Numbered from the whole stretch's first letter, positions 12,588-24,772 are shown. The stretch is DNA of 62,871 bases, filler included, from Stramenopiles sp. TOSAG23-2 (GCA_900128395.1; 23 parts of 23 records of this genome joined end to end with filler, not necessarily neighbours in it); one strand, 5' to 3'. Notes: generated from the letters alone by a model not told the origin. Numbers and translations are program-made.

Positions 12588-12953
12588 TTTATATTTGTAT
12601 AGTTACGTATGTATTGATAACTGTTTTCCTTGTGTCTTGTATCAGTATATATGTGTGTACGTGTATGTATCCAGTTAAAATATATGATGTATGATTTGAT
12701 TGGTTTATAAAATTTGTTTACGTATAAGACACACACATCGTTATTATTTTTATCATCACAAACAAAAGTTCTAATTCAATTTGAATGTTGAAATTTGATT
12801 ATTGGTTTTTATATATAGAAGAATAGGAAAATAGAATACATATTATGGTGGAATATAATTTAAAAAAAAAAAATAATAAAATTAGAAATAATTAAAGACA
12901 AAATAAGTTATCTCAATTGGCGTAGACAAATTATAAATTATTAAAATATCAAA

Positions 12954-13409
12954 ATGGATGGTAACTTTATACAACAATGCTTGAGTTTTTTATTAGTAGG
13001 TGCATTATGGGGTTGTACAAATCCATTTTTAAGAGAAGGTTCGAAAGATGCAATAAAACATGAAGAGGAAGATACAACATCAAATGACTCTTCTGAAATA
13101 AATAAATTATCCTCATGCTTTAATATGCTACCGACTTTTGTACAAGAATTAATCAAAACATTTACAAATATTAAATTTATTATACCATTTGCATTGAATC
13201 AAAGTGGCTCCATGGTTTATTACTATCTCTTAGGTACAGCTGATATATCGTTAGCAAGTCCAATTTGTAACTCTTTAACCTTTACCTTTACTGCAATAAC
13301 ATCATGGTTAATTGGTGAGAAAATAGATAGTCCATTTTATACTATCATTGGTATTATATTTGTTTTATTTGGTGTAACATTATGTACATTAAGTCGTTTA
13401 GAGTCTTAA
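12954..13409 (+). CDS. TMEM234: TMEM234-family small DMT-type membrane protein
   Basis: LLVGALWGCTNPFLR, PFALNQSGS, DISLASPICNSLTF. Confidence 0.88.
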   Translation: MDGNFIQQCLSFLLVGALWGCTNPFLREGSKDAIKHEEEDTTSNDSSEINKLSSCFNMLPTFVQELIKTFTNIKFIIPFALNQSGSMVYYYLLGTADISLASPICNSLTFTFTAITSWLIGEKIDSPFYTIIGIIFVLFGVTLCTLSRLES

Positions 13410-13975
13410 AAAATACTTTATATTATATGTTTTACTCTCTTGTTTTAAAAATAATACTTCGTCGGTGTGGTGCATGCATACCATCAGGCATACGAATATA
13501 ACAAATATAATATCATATCATTATTTATCCGAAATGACATAACATTCATGAAGAAAACTGAATTTTATTAGATTGTGTTACATCTTCTGAACTGAACGAA
13601 ACGCACCTCCTTCACTTATTCATCTTTTTTTGATATTGTTTTATTGTCCATGTTTTTAATTGCATTGCATGGACTGTATCCAAGACANNNNNNNNNNNNN
13701 NNNNNNNNNNNNNNNNNNNNNNNNNNNNNNNTTAATTAATTAANNNNNNNNNNNNNNNNNNNNNNNNNNNNNNNNNNNNNNNNNNNNAGTAGTTGATGCT
13801 GAAGATAGGGCATTGGTATCTTTGCAAGATCAATTGCAAAATTTGTCTATTTTTAATAAGCAAATGGTATTAGAAATGCCAGTAACTACACGTTTATCAC
13901 GTAAAATATTTGCATCTTTTTATCAAGGTAGTCCAAAGTTGAGTCCAAAGATTTATGATAGCCCTAAATCCAGTC

Positions 13976-16316
13976 CATCAACTACTTTAATATTACGTTG
14001 AATTCGTAATGCTGGTGGTGATGGCAATGCAGGCAAACTAACAGCAGTTGCAGTTACAAAGCCAACCAATATGTTTGGCCCAAGTTGTATTTGAGTCGTT
14101 ACACCAAATGCGGCGTTCATACCCATAATTTTAATCTTGTTTATTAATTGGCGATGTAAATCAAATTGAAGAAATGGTAAAATTTCCGAGACTGTCAACG
14201 CTAACGCCTCTCCTTTCTGCACTTTAGTTTGTGAACTAGACATAATTTTACATGCTCTAGCTTGTACTAATCTACCTCGTCCACGCGTTGGTAATAGTGG
14301 TGGACATTCAATCGTAGCCAACAAAACTTCCGGTACCCAACGTTTCTTACAACTTTGACATGGAACTAATCTCATATTGGCAAATGGCGCAGAGTTGTGT
14401 GGATATGGTATATGGCAAGTTGCACATCCTGGGTCGAATCGTACGCGTCTAAATATTGATGAATTACTACCACGTTGTGGCGATAGACCACCTCCTCCCC
14501 CCGATGAGCTTACCCCAGGAACCGTTTTATCAAAATCTGCTCTGCCAAACGATGCACGTCTCCTACCGTTGCTATTCCCCCCACTACCAACATGGTTGCC
14601 GCTGCCACCACTATTATTGTTATTACTCAAAGTACTACCAAAAAATGAATTACGAGGGGACGAATTTGTAGTAGTCTGTGGAATGTTGGAATGTCTATTA
14701 TGCCTTCCACTTGATGTAAAATAGTTATTCCGTTTAAACTTTCTACGTTTTTCCCTTCTAACTACAGCAGCAGTACCTGTTGCCGTCAAGACACACACAT
14801 CATCCATAATTGTACAAGTTTCACGATATCCAACAATAAACCAACATTTTAACACTCGTGCATGAGAACGTATTTCATCCCTCAATTCTGCCCACCACGC
14901 ATCTCGGGTTTCACGATCTGATATTTTAGCATGTAATTTACCTAAATATTTTACCGATTGGGCGGACACAACGCCTGCTAAACGTAAGCGCACCTTTGCT
15001 TTAAAATTACTAATGGTAAGCAATTGGACTTCTCTCGATAAATCTTGCATATGGGATGTGCTTGGTAAATTTTTCGCATTAACGAAATTCCATGCACTTG
15101 ATTGAATACGTGCATTTCTTTTAAAAGAATTTATACCACCGTGAAAAAAGGACGGCGATTCAGTAGGACTTATACTGTTTGGACTATTGTTACTATTTTT
15201 CTTTTTTTCATTACTATTGGTTTTATTATCGTTACTAGTTTTGCTATCTTCATCATCAACAAGTGATTTACGTGTTAACGACAATGGTGATGGTGGGCCT
15301 ACGCTGCTACCACTATTATTTGAAACCATGCCAAAACCACCATATCCTCTAGGTGAAAAAGAATTGCTGCGACCTCGTAACGATGCTGGTGAGGATGGTG
15401 GCGATCCTATATTTGGCGATGTACCATTATATGTCAAGGCATTACTGATTCCGCCGGTATTAAATAATTTACACGCAGTCCCACATGCCCTTGCTACAAT
15501 CCCACTATCACCTTCTACATCAAATGTTTGTGTATATGCTAACACTGCATTACCACCCATTTCTTGAACCTTTTTACCCAATTGCCTTCTCAAACCACAT
15601 GATAAACGATATAACAACCGCAAACGAGAATCATTACTTTTTTGTGGAGATCTAAATTTATTCTCAAATTCATATTCAGGATCATCGTGTACTACTAATT
15701 CTTCCACAAAACCATACACGTATTTTACATCAACATCTGGAGAGCTTAGTACGGAAGTGGAGAAAAATGTAACACCTGCACTTGAATCTTTGAATGGATT
15801 CGCATCTCCAATAAACTGTACTTTCACACTAAGTTGCAATTCTCCACGAATCCCTTTCAATGTATCATATATAGGAAACCATCCATCGATCACCATATCC
15901 CCACTTCCAACCGACGAAGAATTCATCATGTCCACTTGACTGCCTCCTCCTTTCATGGCACTTCTACTTTTGCTAGATGTATTTGAATCAATTTTATCTT
16001 CGTCTGCATGAGCTGCACGCATTAAAAGTGGATTCAAATCTATATGTACATATCCAATTGGATCATCTGCTGAATATATATCTTCATCCATTACTCTAAA
16101 TTCTAAGGGTTCATTTTGTACAACGGAGTCGTCCGTACAATTAATTCTCATATCTACATCCCATATCGGATTTAATGTCTTTTTCTTCACTTCCGTTTGC
16201 CTTTTTATATTGCTACCTAATCGTACCTCTACAAATGCATCTGTTGATTTAGTACTTTTATCCATTACTGGCAAACCACGTGCACGATTTATACGAATTT
16301 TTAATGTAGATGGCAT
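13976..16316 (-). CDS. C2CD5: C2 domain-containing protein 5 homolog; its continuation is inverted onto the + strand at 13789-13975
   Basis: N-terminal C2 domain (LKIRINRARGLPVMDKS, TDAFVEV), GFVEELVVHDDPEY, MGGNAVLAY, ETRDAWWAELRDEIRSHAR, CHIPY, VPEVLLATIE. Confidence 0.88.
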
Positions 16317-16537
16317 GTTTCAAGCTTTTGGACCAATCTCTCTTGGTATGGACGATATACCTGTGAGTGCTCGAATGCAGGCAGCTGCAAGGCGTTGGGC
16401 ATTGGATTTAGGTATCGAACCAGAAAAAGTGATGGNNNNNNNNNNNNNNNNNNNNNNNNNNNNNNNNNNNNNNNNNNNNTTAATTAATTAANNNNNNNNN
16501 NNNNNNNNNNNNNNNNNNNNNNNNNNNNNNNNNNNTA

Positions 16538-16681
16538 TACTAATTTATGTATATTTGATATGTAATATTGGATATTACAAAAAATCGGATATTCTTAGTT
16601 TATTCATCAAAATAACTATTGGCTATTTTTGGATTTTTTGTAATATCCAATATCTCTCTATCAAATCTACATAAATTAGTA
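16538..16681. mobile_element. Fold-back / MITE-like element with about 50-bp inverted arms
   Basis: TACTAATTTATGTATATTTGATA..ATATTGGATATTACAAAAAATC (16538-16586) is mirrored by GATTTTTTGTAATATCCAATAT..TATCAAATCTACATAAATTAGTA (16632-16681). Confidence 0.6.
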
Positions 16682-17043
16682 CACTAAATTAGTACTTAAA
16701 TTAACCGTCATTTGGAAATGCACTAATAATCCTTCTCATTTACAAGGATAATTCGGCCAATGCCAGAATGCCTGGAATGCCTGGCATGAATGCTGGAAAT
16801 TGCGAAAGGCAAATTACCAGGTAAAGTAAAATATGTAATAATAAGATGGTGCTAATGTGGAAAAAACGGCTGATTTCATGATGTCCACATCTCTGGGATC
16901 ATGTAAGCACTGCACGACAGTTACTGTATACATATTAAACATAATATCATGTACAAATATATATACATATATAATACACACACAGACGACTGGTTACACA
17001 CATATAATATTATATATATACACATATACGTGTTCTTTACAAT

Positions 17044-17876
17044 ATGGAACATAAAAATGATGTCAAGAAAATGGAACAATTAAAACCAAAACGACCAACA
17101 ATACCAAATCATTTGGTTGCACATCAACAATTGAAAAACTCACCAAGAAGGCGCAGGAAAGTAGTTCGTTCAAAAGCAAAAACATCAACGAATCACCAAA
17201 AATTAGAACATGGTATACGGCAAAAACATAGTACTGGAAATGAAAATATCACGCGTGAAGCAATCTCCATTGAGCAAGTTAAAACGTTAGGAACGTTATT
17301 TGAAAAAGATGGATTGAAAGAAGAAGATTTCATTCGCGAAATACGTAAATATATTCCTTCTCTATCGGAACATCAAGTTACAGAATTATTTTTAAAAATA
17401 GATGCAAACGCAGATGGCCGTGTAGATTGGGATGAATTATTTCCACGTTGATGGATATGGAGGACCAAGGCGATGAAATTGATGCAGATGAGGAGGAGGA
17501 GAATAATGTTAAACTGAAGAATGGTGATAATAAAATTGAACAATTGATGCTTGCTGAAAAAATACAACCGTTAAACGCTTTGGTTGAAAAAGATGCCGAT
17601 GCAAGAAACATGATTGAAACTTCGAAGCAAAAATATGGAAAAAAATATGTACGGACTCCTTTTGATATAAATAGTATTTCAACGCCGAAATTATATGCAA
17701 TACGCCAAGACAGGCGAAGAAAATTTGATCCTGTAGAAATTCCAAGTAGACTAGAAGATCTCGAAGTGAAAAAAGGTGAAAAGATAAGCTTTAGCGAAAC
17801 ATTTCGAAATAGAAGGAAAAAGGGAAAGAATAAGGTGGACAAATTTGAGCTCTTTAGTAAGCAAATTTTCTCTTAA
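17044..17876 (+). CDS. EF-hand protein, frameshifted at about 17440
   Basis: EF-hand loop LFLKIDANADGRVDWDEL. Adding one T continues the frame as FSTLMDMEDQ. Confidence 0.7.
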
Positions 17877-18003
17877 AAACATCACAGTATTTTTTTAAAT
17901 ATTAAATATTATGCCATATATCGTACGACGAGTATTATGTACATGATGCATATCAAAAAATATTTACCCGAGCGCGTATCATTATTATAATAAAATTATG
18001 ATG

Positions 18004-18240
18004 GGTTAAAATCTAAGTTTTGCACCTTTTATATTTTACTTCCCGTGCTAAGTAATGTATGCTCAATACTCAATCTCAAGAATAATATTCTATATCCTAC
18101 TAAAGTAAAGCTCTAATGCACCTCTGCAAATTAATACACTCTACAAGCATGAGTAGGTTTCTATCCTTCCCTGAGTTCTCGTTGAACGCGCTGGACGTCG
18201 GGTTCATTCGAAAACGGTGAGGCTGTCGAAGTGAAAGATC
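18004..18240 (-). mobile_element. Dispersed element family X, copy with one end and the GC-rich core
   Basis: Reverse complement aligns block by block with 41446-41722. Confidence 0.8.
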
Positions 18241-18562
18241 TTGTTGTGAACAACAACCGGTAACTATCCGGATAAAGATGTTGAAGTGCACGGTTGTGGC
18301 AAAAAGCCGCGGTTTTGATCACTTTAGCTTGTAGATTTCTACAAGTTTCATTGACCCATTGTGCTTTAAGCCAGTCCAATTTTCTTTTCGTAGCTGAAGA
18401 AAGCATGAATTTCTTTGTTGGTCATTTGTTTTAAAGATAAGACTACTAAATCACAAAAAAAAACCTGCGTGTTCATCCCGAATGAATATATAGTTTGGTG
18501 ATGGTGAACGATCTCCGTTGTTGTTATAATTGTCTCATGATTATTAAAAATGTAGTATAAAC

Positions 18563-18754
18563 TATTTTAATCGTCACTGGAAGACCATCTAAAGCCACAT
18601 GTTTTACATTTATATTTGGTACCAGATATATTATTTGATGAAGAGCCTGCCCATATATTTTAATCGTCACTGGAAGACCATCTAAAGCCACATGTTTTAC
18701 ATTTATATTTGGTACCAGATATATTATTTGATGAAGAGCCTGCCCATATATTTA
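18563..18754. repeat. Exact 93-bp tandem duplication of the 3' end of the TFIIS-like gene
   Basis: TAATCGTCACTGGAAGACC...GCCCATATATTT starts at 18568 and 18661; TATTT microhomology at the junctions. Confidence 0.9.
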
Positions 18755-19183
18755 CTTTGCTATTTACTGATTCTTCAATTGTGTAGGATACAACATTTTC
18801 TACCTTTAAGCATTTTTTACATTTCATATCAACTTCGTTATTCCAAGGCAATCCATCATCCTTGATTTGAGCATTTTTTTGTAGTTCTTTCAAATGCTGC
18901 TTCACTTCTTTTTGCTTTTTTTTAGATGCCATCTGCAAAGTGGTCATTTTTAACGCTACATCTTCAGGTGATACATTGTTTGATAATATTTTAGTACATA
19001 AGTCTTTATTTCTACGCAAATTAAACAAAATCGTACGAAATCGATTACGATACTCATTATTTTTGCAACCATTAAACCCCTTTGATAAACTTTCGGCTAT
19101 ATTTGTACAAATTTCATTTAATGTTTTTTCAAATCCTTTTTTTATATTTATACGAAATGCTTGAGTTAATTTTACTACAACTA
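18660..19183 (-). CDS. TFIIS central-domain protein with C-terminal Zn ribbon (5' truncated)
   Basis: YRNRFRTILFNLRRNKDL...LSNNVSPEDVALKMTTLQMAS; CKKC...YKCKTCGFRW. It lacks the canonical RSADE motif, so it is TFIIS-like rather than TFIIS. Confidence 0.7.
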
Positions 19184-20383
19184 NNNNNNNNNNNNNNNNN
19201 NNNNNNNNNNNNNNNNNNNNNNNNNNNTTAATTAATTAANNNNNNNNNNNNNNNNNNNNNNNNNNNNNNNNNNNNNNNNNNNNAAAATAACACTACACAT
19301 AAGAAGATACACGTTAGGCATCCGACGCTCTCCTGAGCGTCGTGTGTTCCGACTACAGTTTACACAAAGTTCCTCTAAATATCTTAGTATAATAATTGTT
19401 AATATTTATAACAGGTGCTATTTAATATGTAATGCTATGTAATGCTATTTTATCCATCTTTCGCATATATATCTATGCACATAATTTCAATTCAATATGG
19501 ATAAATGTATCGGGAATATCGGAAGCCACAGTAACAAAATTTATCATCAGGGACACTACGGGACATAAATTCACTGTTAGGGTATTCAAGTTACATCATA
19601 AGATAACTGTTTTTACATATATCTAAGAAACTACCAAAAACTCTGCCAAACTACACGTCTGTAAAATAATAATTGCTAATTTTCATTATTTTTTTCAACA
19701 TAGTAATACCTTTTGCTTATTATAGATCAAATGATTTAAATAATATGTTCACCGATATTACCAAGAAGGTAACTTGTACATCATAAAAATGTATTGTAGA
19801 TAGCATATCGTAAATTATATATACTCTAGATGATTATTCAGTGAAAGATTTGGATTAATTCATGAAGAAATCTTCGTTTACGACAAGAAATTGAAAATGA
19901 TATTTCCAAAAGTAAAACTTGAAGAACAAATGTTGCAAATGTATGATATATATATTTTGATGAATGTAGAGAGATAGAGAATATTAGAAATAATTTGATT
20001 GTACTAATTAGTATACTATTTTATATATAGGAGCGTTCTGTCCTTTCGTAAGCCTGTGTAAGGCCTAATTAATGCTATTTACCTGGCTACGAGTATCGCC
20101 ATCTCACTCAGAGTAGGATAGAGGGAGCAGATGCGCGTAACAGTTTTTTATGAAAGTTCCTGTGTGCGTCGTGTATCATAATATTTTAATGATGTACAGA
20201 TACTTTTAATTACACTCTCATGCGTGTATCATATATTGATATATCATTATCATATCTTTCACGACGGACGTTTACACTTTACTTTATCCTCAAATACTCG
20301 TATATAATACGAAGATCATATTTTATGAGAGATCACATAGTTATACGGCTCGTATATCTTCAGATACTTTTAATTACACTCTC

Positions 20384-20893
20384 ATGCATGTATCATATAT
20401 TGATATATCATTATCATACGATTTGGAAGATGCAAAGGAGGTATGGGGGAAATCCAAGACTGGTAGCATGAATGTGGTGGTGGGTGGAGGTGCATACAAT
20501 GATGTACAAGAGCTCTTGGGGTTACCTAAATGTACCAGGGGGCAATGGGGTAGAGTTGCAGGTAAACCAATTGTAGTTTTACCACATCTAAGTATGTTGT
20601 GTGGTGGAGAGGATTGGGTGAAATGTTGGAAGGTATGGGCAAAGTTTTTGAGGGTGTGTCAAAAGAGGGTTGGAGGTTTAAACCAGAACATATTCAGTAA
20701 CTTTATAAAGAGTTTCAACAGTGTAGGTGGTTTAACTTTGGAGTTGAACGGGCAGGGGAAAATTGTAATGTTAAATGCCAAGGAAATTAGCAATGGCAAA
20801 CCGCAGAAAGAAGAAACCGACTACAAAGACGAAGAAGAATCAGATTCAAGCGAGGACGACGACAACGCCGAAGACGAAAGCGATAGTAGTTGA
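20384..20893 (+). CDS. Hypothetical protein fragment with an acidic tail
   Basis: 169-codon ORF with G-rich composition; the start lies inside a duplicated segment. Confidence 0.35.
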   Translation: MHVSYIDISLSYDLEDAKEVWGKSKTGSMNVVVGGGAYNDVQELLGLPKCTRGQWGRVAGKPIVVLPHLSMLCGGEDWVKCWKVWAKFLRVCQKRVGGLNQNIFSNFIKSFNSVGGLTLELNGQGKIVMLNAKEISNGKPQKEETDYKDEEESDSSEDDDNAEDESDSS

Positions 20894-20985
20894 ATAGCAT
20901 ATTACAATGTCTAAGTAATACACAAGCTTTAACGAAATATTTTTTATCAAATAAATTCGAAGGGGATATCAATGAAGAAAATAGC
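20890..20985 (+). pseudogene. Isolated fragment of a ubiquitin-specific protease Cys-box
   Basis: LNSILQCLSNTQALTKYFLSNKFEGDINEEN matches the USP sequence just after the catalytic Cys. The GNTC part and the rest of the domain are absent. Confidence 0.65.
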
Positions 20986-22029
20986 AGCAATGACAAGAAG
21001 AATGTACAGATCTGTACATGTACTAGATATAGCAAAATGGAGACAAGTGGCAGGCAATATTCAAAGTACTAGTTGATGGAAAAGTAGTAACTTCCATACG
21101 CATAATTTATTGTTTTAAATAAAACAGATATATTACATATTTTTATAAGAATCGGTTAGGGGATATGGAGGAATTGCAGCGGTTGCGTTTGAAAGCGACC
21201 ACTGCAAAGGAAAGGCAAATTGAAGCAAAAGAGAAAGCCCGAAAAAAACAAAAAAAAATAATTGTATTTGATACACATATGGTTAAACGTTATCAATTCA
21301 GAACCAGACAAAGAAAAAAGCGGTACCATGTCATCAGTAACGCAATATCTTCTTCACCGCCACCATCCTCTACTACTAAAGATACGGAAAGTGAATGCAA
21401 AATTTGATTAGAGAAGGAGAAAGCGAAGGACGAGTATAAAAAACATTTTTTATAATATGAAATATCTTTTTTTACCATACAAGATCCATATTGTCAAAAC
21501 GTTGACTGGAATAACCAATATGGATCATCACTTGTTACCAAACCGAGGTGACATGTGCACTTACGAAAATAATAGCAAGCAATAGCATCTTTTTCATGTT
21601 CTTATAAGGGTAATATTATAGCATCAGAATAGCATTACTACGTGGTACTGCAGAAATATTGAACAACACTATCCTCATATGTACAGGTATACAGGTACAA
21701 TAATTTACACTCCTCTCTAATAATACCCAGGTAATTCCCTGCCCTGATGTGTACTGTATGTAGATGTCGGCTAGCTCTAGCTAGAGCTAGCCCTGGGCTA
21801 GCTACCTTGTAAATAAGACGGATGAAACTCTTCCCAAAACAGGGGTAGTGAAATTAGTACAGATTTAGTATACTATAAATATATGATAGGTAGATCTTGG
21901 AAGATAATAAATCCATAAAATCCAAAAATNNNNNNNNNNNNNNNNNNNNNNNNNNNNNNNNNNNNNNNNNNNNTTAATTAATTAANNNNNNNNNNNNNNN
22001 NNNNNNNNNNNNNNNNNNNNNNNNNNNNN

Positions 22030-22726
22030 GACCGCCTGATAAAAAAAATGCATAGCTCAAAATATTGTGGAAAAATTTTTTAGTATTTTTTGTCGGAGAA
22101 TTACGCAAGTATAAACCAATTTCGGTGCCGATAGTTGCTACTCTTCCAGTCATAAATGCAGTGGCAGTTTTTTTATTTCTAGAGTGAAATCCATTAATTA
22201 CACCAGCAGCAAAACTCATTACAACTACCATATAAGATATTCCCAATGGGCTTGAAGTATTAACAATTAACGTCACAACTATGAATATAATTTCCAAGAT
22301 GGATTTGAATATTATTCTCCTTGAAACTGTTTCTTCTTTTTTACTTACATCACATAAATGAAGACCAAAAAAGGCAAATAAAATATTTCCTAAACAAAAT
22401 GCTGGAATACATGCAAGTCCGAAAAAATTCAATTTATCATCTGTGGCAATTTTTACAGTTTGACCAGTCAAAGCAGAAGGAAATGCACGTTCATAAAGCC
22501 ATACTTCCGCATTTAACCAACCAATGCAAAATGCATCTAAGCACATATCAACTAACATATATATATCTGTTAAGTCATTGGTAATAGCTTTATCAAAGTC
22601 AAATATAATGTTTTCACTTATTTCTAAATTTTCTAAATAATCATTTCTATTATCATTTCTGTTATCTTTTAATTCAATAGTCGTTGTCGTTGCAACCGCA
22701 GCATTTATATCTTCATCGTTCTTCAT
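22030..22726 (-). CDS. DUF1275/YoaK-like membrane protein (3' truncated)
   Basis: GWLNA...FPSALTGQT, FCLGNILF, SFAAGVING, TAFMTGRVATIG; multiple TM helices. Confidence 0.7.
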
Positions 22727-23141
22727 TTTGTTGGTGTTTAATTTTCTTTTTGATTGTATATACGCATAGTCACAGGTTGTAAACTAACAACAACAAAAAT
22801 TAATTTTGAAAATTCCAGTAGGTGATGTATTATTTTATTATTTATTTACCCACTATTATACATAATTCTAATAAAATAAGTACATTTCAACAACAACTGT
22901 GCAATTGATGATGTTCTTCTTCATCAATTGCCGTTATAATTAAATAAATAAGAATTGAAAAATGAATAACATATTATAAAAGTAAAAATATTCTTAGTAG
23001 AATTTCAAAAACATATACTATTATCCGTCACCGTCTCCAAATAAGTCGTTCTGTAAATATTTTACTTTGTACTTTTCATCACGAATAAGTATATCTATAC
23101 GTACATATATAGAGAGAGAGAGAGAAAAAAATAATTTAATC

Positions 23142-24356
23142 ATGTTATTCTCAATTATGAATAGAAAACAATATATTCATGTTGTTAGACATAAACTAAA
23201 AAAATTTGATAATAATATTCATAAAAAAAATAATGTGATAACACTAATGAATTCAAATCTACATTGTAGTAATTTTTTCTCCACTACGTCTACTGAGGAT
23301 GAAAATAACAATGTAACATATGAGATAGTAGCTGCTAGTTTAGAAAAAACACGCTTTGAAACCCACCGTGGTGACCAATATGATTTTGCTGCATGGAAGA
23401 AACATGAATCTCCGTTTAGGAATTTTCGTCATTTAAAATATTGGGTTGTGTCAAAAACCTTTCGTCGAATATTTCCAAATTTAGTATGGATGGGTGGCAT
23501 TTCATCCGGTTTAAGTTATTACAATACAGTTGTCGCTCCTGAAATGGGAAAAGAAATCATAACATTTGCATCGTTGCCTTTAACAATGACAGGAACAGCA
23601 TTAGGATTATTGTTGGTGTTTCGAACCCAATCCTCAAACAATAGATTTAATGCAGCTAGAGGACTATGGGGTGCTACAATTAATCATTCAAGGGCTCTCT
23701 TGCGTATGAATCAAACATATATTGCGCCCAAGGATAAAGATGCATCTGATAATGTTATTCGTTTGATGAAAAGTTTTCCAAGGGCATTGTATTTTCATTT
23801 ATCATCAGAACAAGCTATGAATGTTGTTGAAGTGAATAAAAATCGCAAGCATGGTAATAATGATGCCGGGGGGGAGGGGTTAAACGATAAAGCTTTGACA
23901 TATTTTTTAGAAAAGGATGGGCATTCCACGGATACTGTTGCATCCATTATGAGTAGTAAAAATCGTCCTTACGCCGTATTACAATTGTTGTCAAATGAGA
24001 TTGCTTCTGTTAATCTGGATCCAATACATGATAGTTACTTTCAACGATCATTAACAGTTTTCGATGACAACCTTGGTGGGTGTGAGCGAATTTTAAGAAC
24101 TCCTATTCCAACTGGATATACTCGGCATACAGATCGATTCTTAACAATTTGGACCAGCTTGACTCCGTTTGCATTGTACGCTGAATGTGGTCCTATTGGA
24201 ACACCATGTGCCACGCTATTTATAGCATTTGCATTATATACAATTGATGACATTGGTGTGACAATTGAAATGCCATTTGATAATATGCCAATGTGGAGAT
24301 ATGTTGAGACAATTGAAGCTACTGCAGATCAATCAGCTGTTCCAATGAAGAGATAA
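23142..24356 (+). CDS. Bestrophin-family anion channel (UPF0187/YneE/VCCN-like) with a possible organellar targeting presequence
   Basis: ALGLLLVFRT...RFNAARGLWG, GGCERILRTPIP.GYTRHTDRFL, IDDIGVTIEMPFD. Confidence 0.9.
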   Translation: MLFSIMNRKQYIHVVRHKLKKFDNNIHKKNNVITLMNSNLHCSNFFSTTSTEDENNNVTYEIVAASLEKTRFETHRGDQYDFAAWKKHESPFRNFRHLKYWVVSKTFRRIFPNLVWMGGISSGLSYYNTVVAPEMGKEIITFASLPLTMTGTALGLLLVFRTQSSNNRFNAARGLWGATINHSRALLRMNQTYIAPKDKDASDNVIRLMKSFPRALYFHLSSEQAMNVVEVNKNRKHGNNDAGGEGLNDKALTYFLEKDGHSTDTVASIMSSKNRPYAVLQLLSNEIASVNLDPIHDSYFQRSLTVFDDNLGGCERILRTPIPTGYTRHTDRFLTIWTSLTPFALYAECGPIGTPCATLFIAFALYTIDDIGVTIEMPFDNMPMWRYVETIEATADQSAVPMKR

Positions 24357-24618
24357 AAATGGTCATTTGAAGAATATGTATGGGGGGAGGGGGATCCGTA
24401 GTGTTAGAATATCATACGAAGACGAGTAATAAAATTTAATTAATATCATATACGGTTCGTATATTTAATAATTAAATATATGAGATAAGTTGTAGATTCC
24501 AATTGACTTTGTGCACTTGAATTGAAAACGCAAAATTGAAAAAAAATATTTTCATCTGGAACTGTGAGCAAATTCGCTTATTTCTAATATGATATTATAA
24601 TATAATATATGCATATAT

Positions 24619-24666
24619 CTATAATAATCGTTTTGCTTTAAAATGTGCATTTGGTGAGTCGTATAA
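24619..24666 (-). repeat. Second copy of the 48-bp dispersed repeat
   Basis: Exact reverse complement of 11037-11084. Confidence 0.9.
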
Positions 24667-24772
24667 ACGTTTNNNNNNNNNNNNNNNNNNNNNNNNNNNN
24701 NNNNNNNNNNNNNNNNTTAATTAATTAANNNNNNNNNNNNNNNNNNNNNNNNNNNNNNNNNNNNNNNNNNNN

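Noticed and set aside
18105..18160. Twister-ribozyme-like words (TAATGCA...ACAAGC...GAGTA) in family X
   Set aside because: I could not build the required P4 stem and pseudoknots in both copies. An Infernal search with twister models would settle it.
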